A stretch of 62,614 nt of DNA, from UHGV virus genome UHGV-1371743; one strand, 5' to 3'. Origin of the DNA: a virus. The first letter of the stretch is position 1. Every line of letters starts with the position of its first letter. The position numbers and the translations under genes were made by a program. The notes under the pieces were generated by a model that worked only from the letters and a program-made list of their open reading frames with translations, ran no database searches and had not been told where the DNA came from. Shown in pieces: positions 47,101 through 56,420 of the stretch.

Positions 47101-48074
47101 CAAAAATAATGCCCGCGAATCAAACAAAGGCGTTTATGTCAGGCGCTCCACATTTTAAAGGCGGAATAGGTGAGTTTTTTGAAAACGCATGGAGTTCGGT
47201 AAAAAGTTTTACAGGGAATGTGTTGGATTATCTTACAAACCCGGGAGAAATTGTAAAAGTTGCAATAAGCAAGTTTGCAAATATATCAAATTTATTTGAA
47301 CCGTGGGCGAGCGTGGCAGGTGGAATTATAAACAAGACGTTTGACGGAATTGTACAGTATGTAAGCGGAATATTTGATTCAATACAGCCAAAATATAACC
47401 CATCAGCCGGAGTTGAACAATGGAGAAACATTGCCACTAAAGCATTGAAAATGACAGGTCAATTTTCAAAATCAAATTTAGACCTTTTGCTTTATCAGAT
47501 GCAGACGGAATCCGGTGGAAACCCAAAAGCAATTAATAAATGGGATATAAATGCAATCAAAGGAACACCTTCCAAAGGATTGATGCAGGTAATTGATCCG
47601 ACTTTTAGAACGTACGCATATCCTGGATATGATAAGGATATTTACGATCCATTGTCAAACATATTAGCATCTATTAGGTATACATTGGCTAGATACGGAA
47701 GCTTGTCAAACGGCTGGAAAGGACATGGATATGCTTCTGGAATAGGAAGAATTACATTAGCAGATTTAATTCCGAAATATTCTGTTGGTGGCTTCCCGGA
47801 AGATGGTTTATTTATGGCAAATCATAATGAACTTGTTGGACAGTTTTCTGATGGAAGAACGGCGGTTGCAAATAATTTGGATATTCAAAAAGGAATTGAA
47901 GAAGCGGCATACAGAGGTTTTTCTCGTGCAAACGCAGAGAATCGAGAGCAAGAAAATCTATTGAGAGAATTGATACAAGCGGTTAGAGATGGAAAACGAA
48001 TTGTAGTAGACGGAAGAGAATTAGTGTCGATTACAGATTCGAGACGTGCAAGGAATGGATATTCGTTTACTTAA
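44130..48074 (+). CDS. tail tape measure protein with a C-terminal lytic transglycosylase (SLT) domain
   Basis: Roughly 1314 aa helical protein with SLT motifs near the C-terminus: 'ESGGNPKAINKWD...GLMQVIDPTF...YDPLSNILASIRY'. Confidence 0.8.
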   Translation: MGTTVDSLEIQLQAQAGKANSAIDTLISKLGTLNTSLTKINGSGLSGVSNGVDKLSRSMQGLKNVGAADYTRLAKGIEKISNLDSGQISKAASAIVGFGKGLQSLNSVNVSKTSEQVANLAKGISQLGYKSSTKAIENIPLLAKSMRQLMSELSKAPKVSQNLIDMTNALAKLARTGASSGRAANALSGSLNTYTKSTHKASRGTKGLASALGKMYATYWLLFRFVGKIGDSITIASDLVEVQNVVDTVFGDMSSKVEEYAQNSIKQLGMSELSFKQYASRFQAMGSAMGIDTSSIENANSFLNKATNGYVGLSNSMADVSLTLTQLTADMASFYNVSQKDVAEDLSAIFTGETRPLRTYGLDLTQATLAEWAMKNGLDANVKSMSQAEKTMLRYQYVLANTSAAQGDFARTSNTWANQIRILQEQIKKFASVIGTGFIAAFKPFVQTLNKVMAKVIDFTQNVLNALGQIFGWKFEISGGGIADDLGDVSGDLADSAGSSGDLSDNLGQAAKNAKKLHTLGIDELNIVEPDNGSTGSGGAGGSGGSGGAGSGEVGGLIASFKPNDEMLDAYKSSIKSLEQLGEYISVTLSNTLEKINWDSVYEKAKNFGTGLADFLNGLIKPRLFYDLGKTVANSINTAFQSANAFAVEFDWGNLGKSIAKSIKGFFENWDPEIAADTFSNFANGILESLTEFINTLQDDKTFEDIGQKIVEFICGIEWGDLTWNLYKFGKALVKAIANLPNDFAKGALQSLVDKIFSEDAEVKVGDIALPPTSLSGLMLQLGNIKEWVGETTSSIGEQFRKGWDEAKKSWENGSGFFEGLWEGIKVVFSPVTEWFGEKFDKGYEGIKKAWSFIESWFSKKWEAIKSPFKNVGPWFKTAFKNAYDAIKNIWKGLGDFFKEIAENAFKPIKTLVNGVIKGVNWVLKKVGSDTRVSEWDGIKFAKGSDGVPQNTLGIVNDQAGSTYKELIIPPSGKPFIPDGRNVMLPLEKGTKIMPANQTKAFMSGAPHFKGGIGEFFENAWSSVKSFTGNVLDYLTNPGEIVKVAISKFANISNLFEPWASVAGGIINKTFDGIVQYVSGIFDSIQPKYNPSAGVEQWRNIATKALKMTGQFSKSNLDLLLYQMQTESGGNPKAINKWDINAIKGTPSKGLMQVIDPTFRTYAYPGYDKDIYDPLSNILASIRYTLARYGSLSNGWKGHGYASGIGRITLADLIPKYSVGGFPEDGLFMANHNELVGQFSDGRTAVANNLDIQKGIEEAAYRGFSRANAENREQENLLRELIQAVRDGKRIVVDGRELVSITDSRRARNGYSFT

Positions 48075-48132
48075 AAGGAAAAGCGCCTACTTCGGTAGGC
48101 ACTTTTCCTTATTTAAAAACAGGAGGTTGAAT

Positions 48133-48522
48133 ATGGCATTATCATCGTTTTTGAACGTAAATGGTTATGACTTTCCACCGCCGAGACGCGGGTTTTCGTG
48201 GACAATAACAACGACAGTAAACGGTGGAAGGAATGGGAACAACGCAGTTATTGGTCAAAGAGTTGGAAGGGATTTGTACAAACTTAGCGATCTCGAGTGG
48301 GTTGGTCTTAATCCGGAAACTCGAAAGATGATGTTAGATGCCATAAAACCATTTTACGTTCCTGTTACGTTTGAAGATATGGCGAATCCGGGACACCCGA
48401 TCACTATTATAATGTACCCCGGAGATAGGAGCGGAAAACCGTTATTTGTAGATAGGCTAACTCATATGGTAACAAAAGATGAGACGCTTTCATTTAATTT
48501 GATTGACGCCGGTTTGGAGTGA
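48133..48522 (+). CDS. distal tail protein (Dit-like)
   Basis: Lies after the tape measure gene. RBS 'aggagg'. Confidence 0.5.
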   Translation: MALSSFLNVNGYDFPPPRRGFSWTITTTVNGGRNGNNAVIGQRVGRDLYKLSDLEWVGLNPETRKMMLDAIKPFYVPVTFEDMANPGHPITIIMYPGDRSGKPLFVDRLTHMVTKDETLSFNLIDAGLE

Positions 48523-48528
48523 TCGTAT

Positions 48529-50760
48529 ATGCAAATGGCAAGTAAAGAATACATAGAATCAATGAAACTTCCGTTTCGGAATAGAGGATATGTAAAAGTA
48601 AGCATAGGAGTTGTAAATTCTGATGCACAGAACAATGCTAAAGTAACAAACACGGAATTATTGTATCTGGCAAATAAAGAAAAACCGTTTGATGGTTACG
48701 ATGTAAATAAAATATACGCAACATGTGAACAAAATTTCTCAAAAGTCGATGGGACAATGTATTTTCCGCCGCGAAAAGATAGTGGATTAGAAATTTATAA
48801 CAACGGAATCATCACAAATGAAATTCTTGGAAGTGCGAAAATAGAATTTACAGATAAATCAGGATTAGACATAAAAGGAATAACAATAGATTTCGGTCAT
48901 TGTTATCCGACAGAATTTACTATAGAGACAAATTTGACCACTAGAATCTATAAAAATAGTTCGGAAAAATTTGTTACCGAAGATTCTTTTGACGGAACGA
49001 ATTATTTTTGGATAAAGCCAAAAACTATGGTGAATGGGAAAGGCAGACTCAGAATTGGAAACATGATATTTGGAATTGCAAATACATTTACAAATGAAAA
49101 AGTGATGGGTTGCAGCATGAAAGAATATGTTTCTCCGATATCAGAAAGTATTCCAAGTATGGATGTTTCTATCAAGGTTGATAACCAAGATTTGTATTAT
49201 AGCGTAGACAATCCAGAAAGCGCTATTGCGTATATGGAAATAGGACAGGAAGTGAAAGTTACCTTCGGATATGATGTGACAGGAAACGGGGATATAGAAT
49301 GGTTAAATGAAACAACAACATATCTTAATTCTTGGTCAGCGAATGATACAGAAGCGGTATTTACATCAACGGACAGGTTCTATCAGTTGAGTGATAACTT
49401 TTACGGCGGTAAATACAGAAAAGATGGAATCTCTTTATATGATTTGGCTTTAGAAGTTTTGGAAAGCGCCGGAATTACAGATGAAAGAGAATATTATATA
49501 GATCCATATTTAAAAAAGATAATTGTGTATAATCCACTTCCAGTTGTAAGTCATGCAGAAGCGTTGCAGATTATTGCAAATGCCGGAAGATGTGCATTGA
49601 GAGAAGATAGAAAAAATAAAATCATATTGCGTTCATCATTTGTTCCCAATATGATTGCCGAAACAAATGATATTGCAAATTTTGGTAAGATAGACAACAT
49701 CTTGAAAGAGAGTAAAAAAGATGCTTACGCAAATGCAAGTAAAGACTTTTCCGCGGTAGATGGAAGCCTTTATTTTTTACCGAAAGACAATAATTACCTA
49801 AATACTGGATATGTAAGCGATTCTGTTTCGGATGGAAATGGAATATTTCAAAAAAACCCGAAAATCACAGTGAACTTGGAATCTTCATTCGATGCGTATG
49901 GCTTGATTATTAATTTTAGAAACACAGCACCGGAAGAATTTAAAATAGTAACATATAACAATGGAGTCTTAAAAGAAGAGTTTATTGTAAAAAAACCGGA
50001 TATTAGTTTTTTAACAGATCATGTTTTTCTTGAGTTTAATAAAATGGTAATTGAGGTAACAAAAGGATATTCAAATTCAAGATTATTCATAGATAATATT
50101 TTGATTAATGATGTTACGGATTATAGATTGGACAGGGTAAGGGATTTGATTAAAAATCCTACCGGAACACGATATGAAAAAATAAAAAATATTGTGATTA
50201 CTAGAGAAAATTACAAGGAAAGCACCGGAGCGATTGAAGAGCTTATCCAAGAAACAGTTTCTTTTGAAAGCGATTCTGAATATACGATTTACTTTAACAG
50301 GCCGTCATACGGATTTAAAGTATCAGTTCCAGAAAATCCAGAGTTAAAAGTGAGTATTGTTGATTCAAGCGATTTTTACATTAAAGTGCGAATCACTAAT
50401 ATAAAGGCAAAAACAGATGTAAAAGTAAAGGTTGAGGGATATGAGTATCTTACAGAAGAAAATAACTACATTGTGAATCACAACGTAAACGGTCAAGAAA
50501 TCACATGGAATAACCCTCTTATAAGCACAATTCAGCACGCAAAAGATTTGGAAGAATGGATAGCGGAATATTATCTCGGAAACATAGACTACGAAATCTC
50601 GTGGCGTGGAGACCCAAGAACGGAGGCGAATGATTTGTTCTACATGGAACTAAAAGGAAGAGAAGACGCTTTGATTCGCTCTTATCAAAATGAAATATCC
50701 TTTAACGGAGCGTGGTCTGGAAACATGAAAGCTAGAAAGGTGGAAATGTCATGGAGGTAG
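48529..50760 (+). CDS. tail-associated protein (Tal/endopeptidase-tail-like)
   Basis: 743 aa, beta-rich, after Dit. Confidence 0.5.
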   Translation: MQMASKEYIESMKLPFRNRGYVKVSIGVVNSDAQNNAKVTNTELLYLANKEKPFDGYDVNKIYATCEQNFSKVDGTMYFPPRKDSGLEIYNNGIITNEILGSAKIEFTDKSGLDIKGITIDFGHCYPTEFTIETNLTTRIYKNSSEKFVTEDSFDGTNYFWIKPKTMVNGKGRLRIGNMIFGIANTFTNEKVMGCSMKEYVSPISESIPSMDVSIKVDNQDLYYSVDNPESAIAYMEIGQEVKVTFGYDVTGNGDIEWLNETTTYLNSWSANDTEAVFTSTDRFYQLSDNFYGGKYRKDGISLYDLALEVLESAGITDEREYYIDPYLKKIIVYNPLPVVSHAEALQIIANAGRCALREDRKNKIILRSSFVPNMIAETNDIANFGKIDNILKESKKDAYANASKDFSAVDGSLYFLPKDNNYLNTGYVSDSVSDGNGIFQKNPKITVNLESSFDAYGLIINFRNTAPEEFKIVTYNNGVLKEEFIVKKPDISFLTDHVFLEFNKMVIEVTKGYSNSRLFIDNILINDVTDYRLDRVRDLIKNPTGTRYEKIKNIVITRENYKESTGAIEELIQETVSFESDSEYTIYFNRPSYGFKVSVPENPELKVSIVDSSDFYIKVRITNIKAKTDVKVKVEGYEYLTEENNYIVNHNVNGQEITWNNPLISTIQHAKDLEEWIAEYYLGNIDYEISWRGDPRTEANDLFYMELKGREDALIRSYQNEISFNGAWSGNMKARKVEMSWR

Positions 50761-51167
50761 ATTGGATAAAACCAAAAACAAATTGGGCGTCTACAGACAA
50801 AATGAATTTAGAAGATTACAACCGAATAAAAAACAATATCCTATATTTAAAAGAAAAAGCAAATGAAGTTAATAAAGAATTTTCGATTCAAAATATGGGA
50901 GAAGATATTGTTGATTATTTGGAGTTGTGGGATTATGAGAAATTCAATTTGTTTGAGGGTAATATAGAAAAGATAAATCAATCAATTTTCACACAGGATA
51001 TCGGAATCAAAAAGACGTTCTATCCGAATGGAATGTTTATCAAATACGATGAACTTAACAGATTGGAAAAAGCATGTGAAAAAATGAAAGATATTATTGA
51101 AAGACAGACTATCGGTCTTAGAAAAATTCCATTTATTCTTGGAAGATTTAAGGAGGTAAGAATATAA
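50751..51167 (+). CDS. hypothetical tail protein
   Basis: 138 aa ORF. Confidence 0.3.
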   Translation: MEVDWIKPKTNWASTDKMNLEDYNRIKNNILYLKEKANEVNKEFSIQNMGEDIVDYLELWDYEKFNLFEGNIEKINQSIFTQDIGIKKTFYPNGMFIKYDELNRLEKACEKMKDIIERQTIGLRKIPFILGRFKEVRI

Positions 51168-51829
51168 TGCCAAAGCAAGAATTACCTGTTAATTTTAAAG
51201 ATGATATATTAGCTTCAAGCATGGCTGGAAAAAGAAAGTACTTAATTACTCAAAACGAAGATGCAAGCTATTCTTTGGAAGACGTAACAGATTATACTCA
51301 ATCCGGGAGTAATCTAGGGGCTAAACAAATTAATGAAATATGCCAAGCTATAAACGATTCCGCCGATAAATCTAGAATCATAGACAATCTTGATGATATA
51401 GTGGCGAACAAAACACCGGGGATGATCGCAGGAGCGCAGGCTGTAGCTGCGCTAAATGCATATTTGTTACAATTACAAGCGCATCATGATAAAAAGACGC
51501 TCACACCGACCGATCTGGGAATAAGGGTCGGAGTGTGGACAGCCATAGCAAACAACTCGTATAAAATCGGTAAAACGATACACCTAAATATGGAAATTTA
51601 TACAGCTGCCACAATAGTCGCGAATAATGTGTACGACAATGTTTTTACGATACCGTCACAGTATCGCCCATTAAATGATACTGTTGTAAATGTGACAGCG
51701 TCAGATGGGTCATATAAAAATCCGGTGGCCTGCACATCTATGGCAAGGACAAACGGAAATTTGTTTATCTGCATACCAAAAGCAACAAACAGCTATCTTT
51801 TTATCGATGCGGAGTGGGAAATTAAATAA
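51167..51829 (+). CDS. hypothetical tail fibre-like protein
   Basis: 220 aa ORF. Confidence 0.35.
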   Translation: MPKQELPVNFKDDILASSMAGKRKYLITQNEDASYSLEDVTDYTQSGSNLGAKQINEICQAINDSADKSRIIDNLDDIVANKTPGMIAGAQAVAALNAYLLQLQAHHDKKTLTPTDLGIRVGVWTAIANNSYKIGKTIHLNMEIYTAATIVANNVYDNVFTIPSQYRPLNDTVVNVTASDGSYKNPVACTSMARTNGNLFICIPKATNSYLFIDAEWEIK

Positions 51830-51835
51830 CGCTTA

Positions 51836-52255
51836 TCACTTCCACGTTCCACGCGCGTAATAGGATAAATCAAAACTTGCTGTATTCCATACCGTAGCAG
51901 CAAGCAAATGGTATGAAAAGCTTGATTTGTAGTCATTTGCAGATCCGTACACCTTGCCCCATATCGCGCCGCCAGCTCCTATTGTGAGCACGATATTACA
52001 TTTTGTTTTTGATGCAACCGGGAAGTTTAATGTAAATTGTCCGCTTGTGTAAATGCTACCAGCTTTTGTTCCGATCGCGCACGTAAATGGAGAATTGAAC
52101 CACATTTCAAGAGTTCCGTCGCTCCATTTGCGATATTTACCATTAGCATTGCTATCTTCTTCGATAACATGATTTTTGACTTTTCCAGTTTCAGGTTGCA
52201 ACTCCAACAAATACGCATTATTCAAACAAATAAAAAGGAGAAATACATATGGCAT
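51836..52255 (-). CDS. minus-strand gene embedded in the tail fibre cluster (beta-rich, fibre-like)
   Basis: Longest ORF in this gap, with a protein-like composition. It lies convergent to 51167..51829 (stops 6 bp apart), and its start codon overlaps the start of 52249 on the opposite strand. Confidence 0.35.
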   Translation of the reverse strand: MPYVFLLFICLNNAYLLELQPETGKVKNHVIEEDSNANGKYRKWSDGTLEMWFNSPFTCAIGTKAGSIYTSGQFTLNFPVASKTKCNIVLTIGAGGAIWGKVYGSANDYKSSFSYHLLAATVWNTASFDLSYYARGTWK

Positions 52256-53427
52256 ATATAAGATTCTTAGGAGAAAAAACTCCGCACAAAGCAACCGTAA
52301 TTCCGACAAATAATATCGTTACGGTTAAGTTTGGAACTGATGTAATAGAAAATAAAAATGGGTTTGATCTATTTCTTGATAAAGAATGCACAATAGATAT
52401 CGGCGGGACTTTTTATCAAAAATTTACAACTATTTACAGGAATGATTCTGTTACAAAAAAGTACAACGGATATCAATTATCAAACGACGGAAGCGTATAT
52501 GTCGAGCCTGAAATTTCTCCTAATCCTAAACCTTACAACCCTACATTGGATGAGGTAAAGGAAAGTAAAAAAGCGGAAATTAAGATGAAAGTACAAAATG
52601 AAATATTGTCAGATGTTATGATAGCGTCTTATGCGTTTGACTACAACGAATCTGACATGATTGCCATTAGAAACGCATACGAAGACAGTATTTCAAGCGG
52701 AATGTCAGTTATTTTAAAAGATTCAACCGGACAGTCACGAGAATTGAATGAGGAAGAAATTACTGACTTGTATAAAAAGCAAGAGATCAAGCGTTTAGAA
52801 AAAGAAAGTTATGCGCAGTGTTTGTTGGATTATATTGATGGATTAACGAGCAAGGAAGCGGTTAATTCGGTTGAGTACGGCGATGAATTAACAGGAAAAT
52901 ATCTCGAAAAGTATAACGAAAAGGTATCAAACACTCAAAGTTACATCGAAAAAGTGATTAGCGGTAAAAAAGCGGTTGTGGATCAGGCAAAAATCGCTTC
53001 TCTCACTAATACGGACGCACAAGCCGTTGAAGTAAAAGGGCTGTACGCAGATTGGGAAGATGATCCAGACGGGTACGCATATGATGTACAAAACCAAAAA
53101 GATAAAAGAAGAAACTTTGGAGGGTTCTTGTGGAATCTGAATAAGAATCACCAGAAACAAAAGGACCGTTTTCCGGGGGCAGAACCTACATTGTGGACAC
53201 AGCTTGTCGAAGGTTACGAAGGATCGTATTCAGATCCTATTCCCGTGCCAGATAGCGTAAACGTAAGTGGATTTGAATATGAATACGGGAAGTATTATAT
53301 CGAAAATGAGTTAGTTTATTTGTGTAAGAGAGGTGGAGTTCTTAATCCAGAATCAATGTATGGTCAAAAAGAAAAATTGTATTTTAAACCATCGGCACTC
53401 ATTGGACAATATTTTGAAATAGCGTAG
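52249..53427 (+). CDS. tail fibre / host-specificity-like protein (C-terminal domain shared with 55674..56390)
   Basis: C-terminal 'DPIPVPDS...GKYYIENELVYLCKRGG...LIGQYFEIA'. Confidence 0.4.
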   Translation: MAYIRFLGEKTPHKATVIPTNNIVTVKFGTDVIENKNGFDLFLDKECTIDIGGTFYQKFTTIYRNDSVTKKYNGYQLSNDGSVYVEPEISPNPKPYNPTLDEVKESKKAEIKMKVQNEILSDVMIASYAFDYNESDMIAIRNAYEDSISSGMSVILKDSTGQSRELNEEEITDLYKKQEIKRLEKESYAQCLLDYIDGLTSKEAVNSVEYGDELTGKYLEKYNEKVSNTQSYIEKVISGKKAVVDQAKIASLTNTDAQAVEVKGLYADWEDDPDGYAYDVQNQKDKRRNFGGFLWNLNKNHQKQKDRFPGAEPTLWTQLVEGYEGSYSDPIPVPDSVNVSGFEYEYGKYYIENELVYLCKRGGVLNPESMYGQKEKLYFKPSALIGQYFEIA

Positions 53428-53438
53428 GAGGAACAGAA

Positions 53439-53681
53439 ATGGCGATAGCACAAACAATAACGGTTGTGGACGGAAAGACGTATCAGCCGGGAGAAGAGAT
53501 ATGGGATTTAGGCAGTTTTGCTTGTGTGGATGTGAGAGGGAATATCAGAAGCTATGAGGGATTATCGAGTGATATATCAAAACTTCCGCATTATGTAGGC
53601 ACAGGAAGTTCGGCGTTATGTCTTGACACCGGAGATTATTATAAATTCCATAAGGAAACAGATCAATGGTATAAATTGTAA
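53439..53681 (+). CDS. hypothetical protein
   Basis: 80 aa ORF. RBS 'aggagg'. Confidence 0.3.
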   Translation: MAIAQTITVVDGKTYQPGEEIWDLGSFACVDVRGNIRSYEGLSSDISKLPHYVGTGSSALCLDTGDYYKFHKETDQWYKL

Positions 53682-53698
53682 ATTGATGAGGTACAACT

Positions 53699-54100
53699 AT
53701 GAGAGCAGACGAAGTATATGCAATTTTGCTAAAGAAAATTAGAAGTAGCGGAGGCGAGATTTCACCAGAGCAGCTTCAGGAAGCAATTAAAAATTATTTA
53801 CAGAAAAATCCGATCAGTACAAACATAAAAGAAGAACGTCCTCAAGAAACTACATATGCGTTAAAACCGAACGTACAAGCAGTATGGGGAGAAGTTACAG
53901 AGTTAAATTTAACGCTTGAAGAAGAGTTACCTGATGCCGTAAATATCTATCCATTTTGGTTCACAAGTGGATCAACGCCAACTAAGGTGATACTACCGTC
54001 AACAATCGCGTTAGATGGATTCGTCACACAGGCAAACAAGAAATATTGTTGTCAGATTGAACAAAATGCGATGTTTTGGAAGGAGTTTGATATTACATGA
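53699..54100 (+). CDS. hypothetical protein
   Basis: 133 aa ORF. Confidence 0.3.
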   Translation: MRADEVYAILLKKIRSSGGEISPEQLQEAIKNYLQKNPISTNIKEERPQETTYALKPNVQAVWGEVTELNLTLEEELPDAVNIYPFWFTSGSTPTKVILPSTIALDGFVTQANKKYCCQIEQNAMFWKEFDIT

Positions 54101-55677
54101 TATTTTTAAAAAGAAGAGCTTTTACGACTTTCAAATTTAACTACGAAACGTCAAAAGGAATAAAGCAAGTGATATTGACAAATTGCGGACAAGCTCCTTT
54201 TAAACGATTTAGTATACTAGGTAATTCACATCAAGACAGCACAACAGGAAAACAGTTGTTTAAACTAACAGACAATTATTTACATGCATATTTTTATCAC
54301 GGAGAAAATAAAGAAATTGTACCATATTCTAGTAATGCTGTGGTGTATTTGCCCTGTGAACCAAACACAACCTACACAATACATGGTAGAAAAAATATTA
54401 ACAATGATATGACAAGAAAAAATAGGGTTGGTTTAACATCGGAACTCCCAGCGTTTAATGTTAAGATTACTAAAACGGCTGAAACAACATTAGATAAACC
54501 TTTAACTATTACTACCGAAGAAGATACAAAATATCTTGTTATAATGGCTATTACCGATGGAGAGATTGGGAAGTTAAATTTTGATAAGGTTCTTGAGAAT
54601 AACACATCTAAGCTTATGGTGGAGGTTGGAGACAAAGCATCTCCTTATGAGTCATACACAGGCGGTAAACCATCCCCATCACCCGATTATCTACAAGAAA
54701 TCAAGAGTGTCGGAAAATGGAATGAGAAAACACAAAAATATGAAGTCGATATAAAAGTTACAGGAAAGAATTTATTTGATATAGATAGTTTTTTAAAATT
54801 ACCATTGCAACCTGTGAGTGGAAACGATAGCGTTAGAAAACTTATATTGACTTTGAAACCAAACACAAAGTACACTTTATCAACAAATAACGAAGGTATT
54901 TGCAATAGTCAAGATAAAGACACAAGTGGAAGTTTATATTTTACAAATGCTGATGATGAAATATATCAATGTAATACTACCGCAGTTTTTAAAGGAAAAA
55001 AAGTAACGGTGACAAGCGATGAAAACGGTCGAGTGAAAATTGTCTTATTTGACAGAACAAATTCTAAACCTATCGAAAACAAACAGTGTTATGTAATGTT
55101 AAATGAGGGAACTTTTGCCGAGCCGTATGAACCATATTTCCCCGAACAGACTGCTACAATAACAATGGATGAACCTCTTAGGGGCATCGGAAAATATCAA
55201 GATAAAATTACAAAAGATGGGATTGCTAGAAGAATCAGAAGCGTTATGTTAAATGGGAATGAAGATTGGAAGTTTTATGGAAGTAACGGAAACATCAATA
55301 ATTTTGGGTATATACTTAGAGAAGCCATTAGTAATAATGTGGGGCAAAGGTCGTCTTTAACTTTTTCATCATATAAGTCCGGAGTTTGGGCAACTGATAG
55401 GTTAGGTCAAGATATGTTCACAAGGATTATAAGAATTAATTTGCCTAAAGATGTGTTTCCTGATGTAGAAACGCTAAGAAATTGGTTGTCACAAAGCAAA
55501 ACTACATTGCAATATGTGTTAGAAAAAGAGGTGATAGTCCCTATCTCACAATCCGAACAAGATGCAATCAGAGCATTAACAACATACCATCCAACAACAG
55601 TTATCACGGTAGACGGTGGAGACGTAGATGCGGGAATTGAAGTGGAATATGCTGTAAAAAATAAGGAGAAAATATGA
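54097..55677 (+). CDS. tail fibre-like protein
   Basis: 526 aa, beta-rich. Confidence 0.4.
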   Translation: MIFLKRRAFTTFKFNYETSKGIKQVILTNCGQAPFKRFSILGNSHQDSTTGKQLFKLTDNYLHAYFYHGENKEIVPYSSNAVVYLPCEPNTTYTIHGRKNINNDMTRKNRVGLTSELPAFNVKITKTAETTLDKPLTITTEEDTKYLVIMAITDGEIGKLNFDKVLENNTSKLMVEVGDKASPYESYTGGKPSPSPDYLQEIKSVGKWNEKTQKYEVDIKVTGKNLFDIDSFLKLPLQPVSGNDSVRKLILTLKPNTKYTLSTNNEGICNSQDKDTSGSLYFTNADDEIYQCNTTAVFKGKKVTVTSDENGRVKIVLFDRTNSKPIENKQCYVMLNEGTFAEPYEPYFPEQTATITMDEPLRGIGKYQDKITKDGIARRIRSVMLNGNEDWKFYGSNGNINNFGYILREAISNNVGQRSSLTFSSYKSGVWATDRLGQDMFTRIIRINLPKDVFPDVETLRNWLSQSKTTLQYVLEKEVIVPISQSEQDAIRALTTYHPTTVITVDGGDVDAGIEVEYAVKNKEKI

Positions 55678-56390
55678 ATACGAACTTTGGAAAATTAGAA
55701 GACGGAATATTGATATATGCACCATCTGTTTTACGCGTTGGCGATAAACAAATTATTTCCCCCGATAAAGATGATTATCTTAACAGTGGATATTTACCGA
55801 TCGTAACAGGCGATGATTTGGAATACAAGGAAGGATTTGAAATCGTCACCTCATATAAGGTAGTTGAAGAAAGTCAAGCACCTGACGGAGAAATGATTCC
55901 GAAACATATTTTAAGGGTTCAAGAATATCAGGAGATCTTTGAAACTCCATACATCCCCACAAAAAATGATCTTGCGATGGAGCTTATGATGGTGAGAATT
56001 CCAGAAGAAATTAACACTTATAATCTCACAAATGATGAAGCGATTCGTTATAAGTCGCTACACCCTACATTTAGTGAAATCGTTGGACAAACGGTGAAAA
56101 GAGGATTTAGGTTTGTTTACGAAAACGAACTCTATTCCGTAAATCAAGATAACCTCACGATTCAAGAGCAGCATTCGCCCGGAACTGGAACAGAAAGTTT
56201 GTACGAAATTGTAGATGAGGAACACAGTGGAACAAAAGATGATCCTATTCCGTGGAGAAAAAACATGCAATGTTACAAAGATAAATATTATATTCAAAAT
56301 GAGATTGTGTATAAATGTACAAGAGATTCAGGAAATGCATTGCAAAATGATATCATAGATTTGATCGGACATTATTTTGAAGTTGCATAA
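55674..56390 (+). CDS. tail fibre-associated protein (C-terminal domain paralogous to 52249..53427)
   Basis: C-terminal 'DDPIPWRKN...DKYYIQNEIVYKCTRDSG...LIGHYFEVA'. Confidence 0.4.
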   Translation: MNTNFGKLEDGILIYAPSVLRVGDKQIISPDKDDYLNSGYLPIVTGDDLEYKEGFEIVTSYKVVEESQAPDGEMIPKHILRVQEYQEIFETPYIPTKNDLAMELMMVRIPEEINTYNLTNDEAIRYKSLHPTFSEIVGQTVKRGFRFVYENELYSVNQDNLTIQEQHSPGTGTESLYEIVDEEHSGTKDDPIPWRKNMQCYKDKYYIQNEIVYKCTRDSGNALQNDIIDLIGHYFEVA

Positions 56391-56394
56391 TCAA

Positions 56395-56413
56395 TAGGCG
56401 GGGCATCCCCGCC
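56395..56413. terminator. hairpin between convergent late and repressor transcripts (no clear U-tract)
   Basis: aggcgggg-cat-ccccgcct with a perfect 8-bp stem. Confidence 0.45.
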
Positions 56414-56420
56414 TATAATA

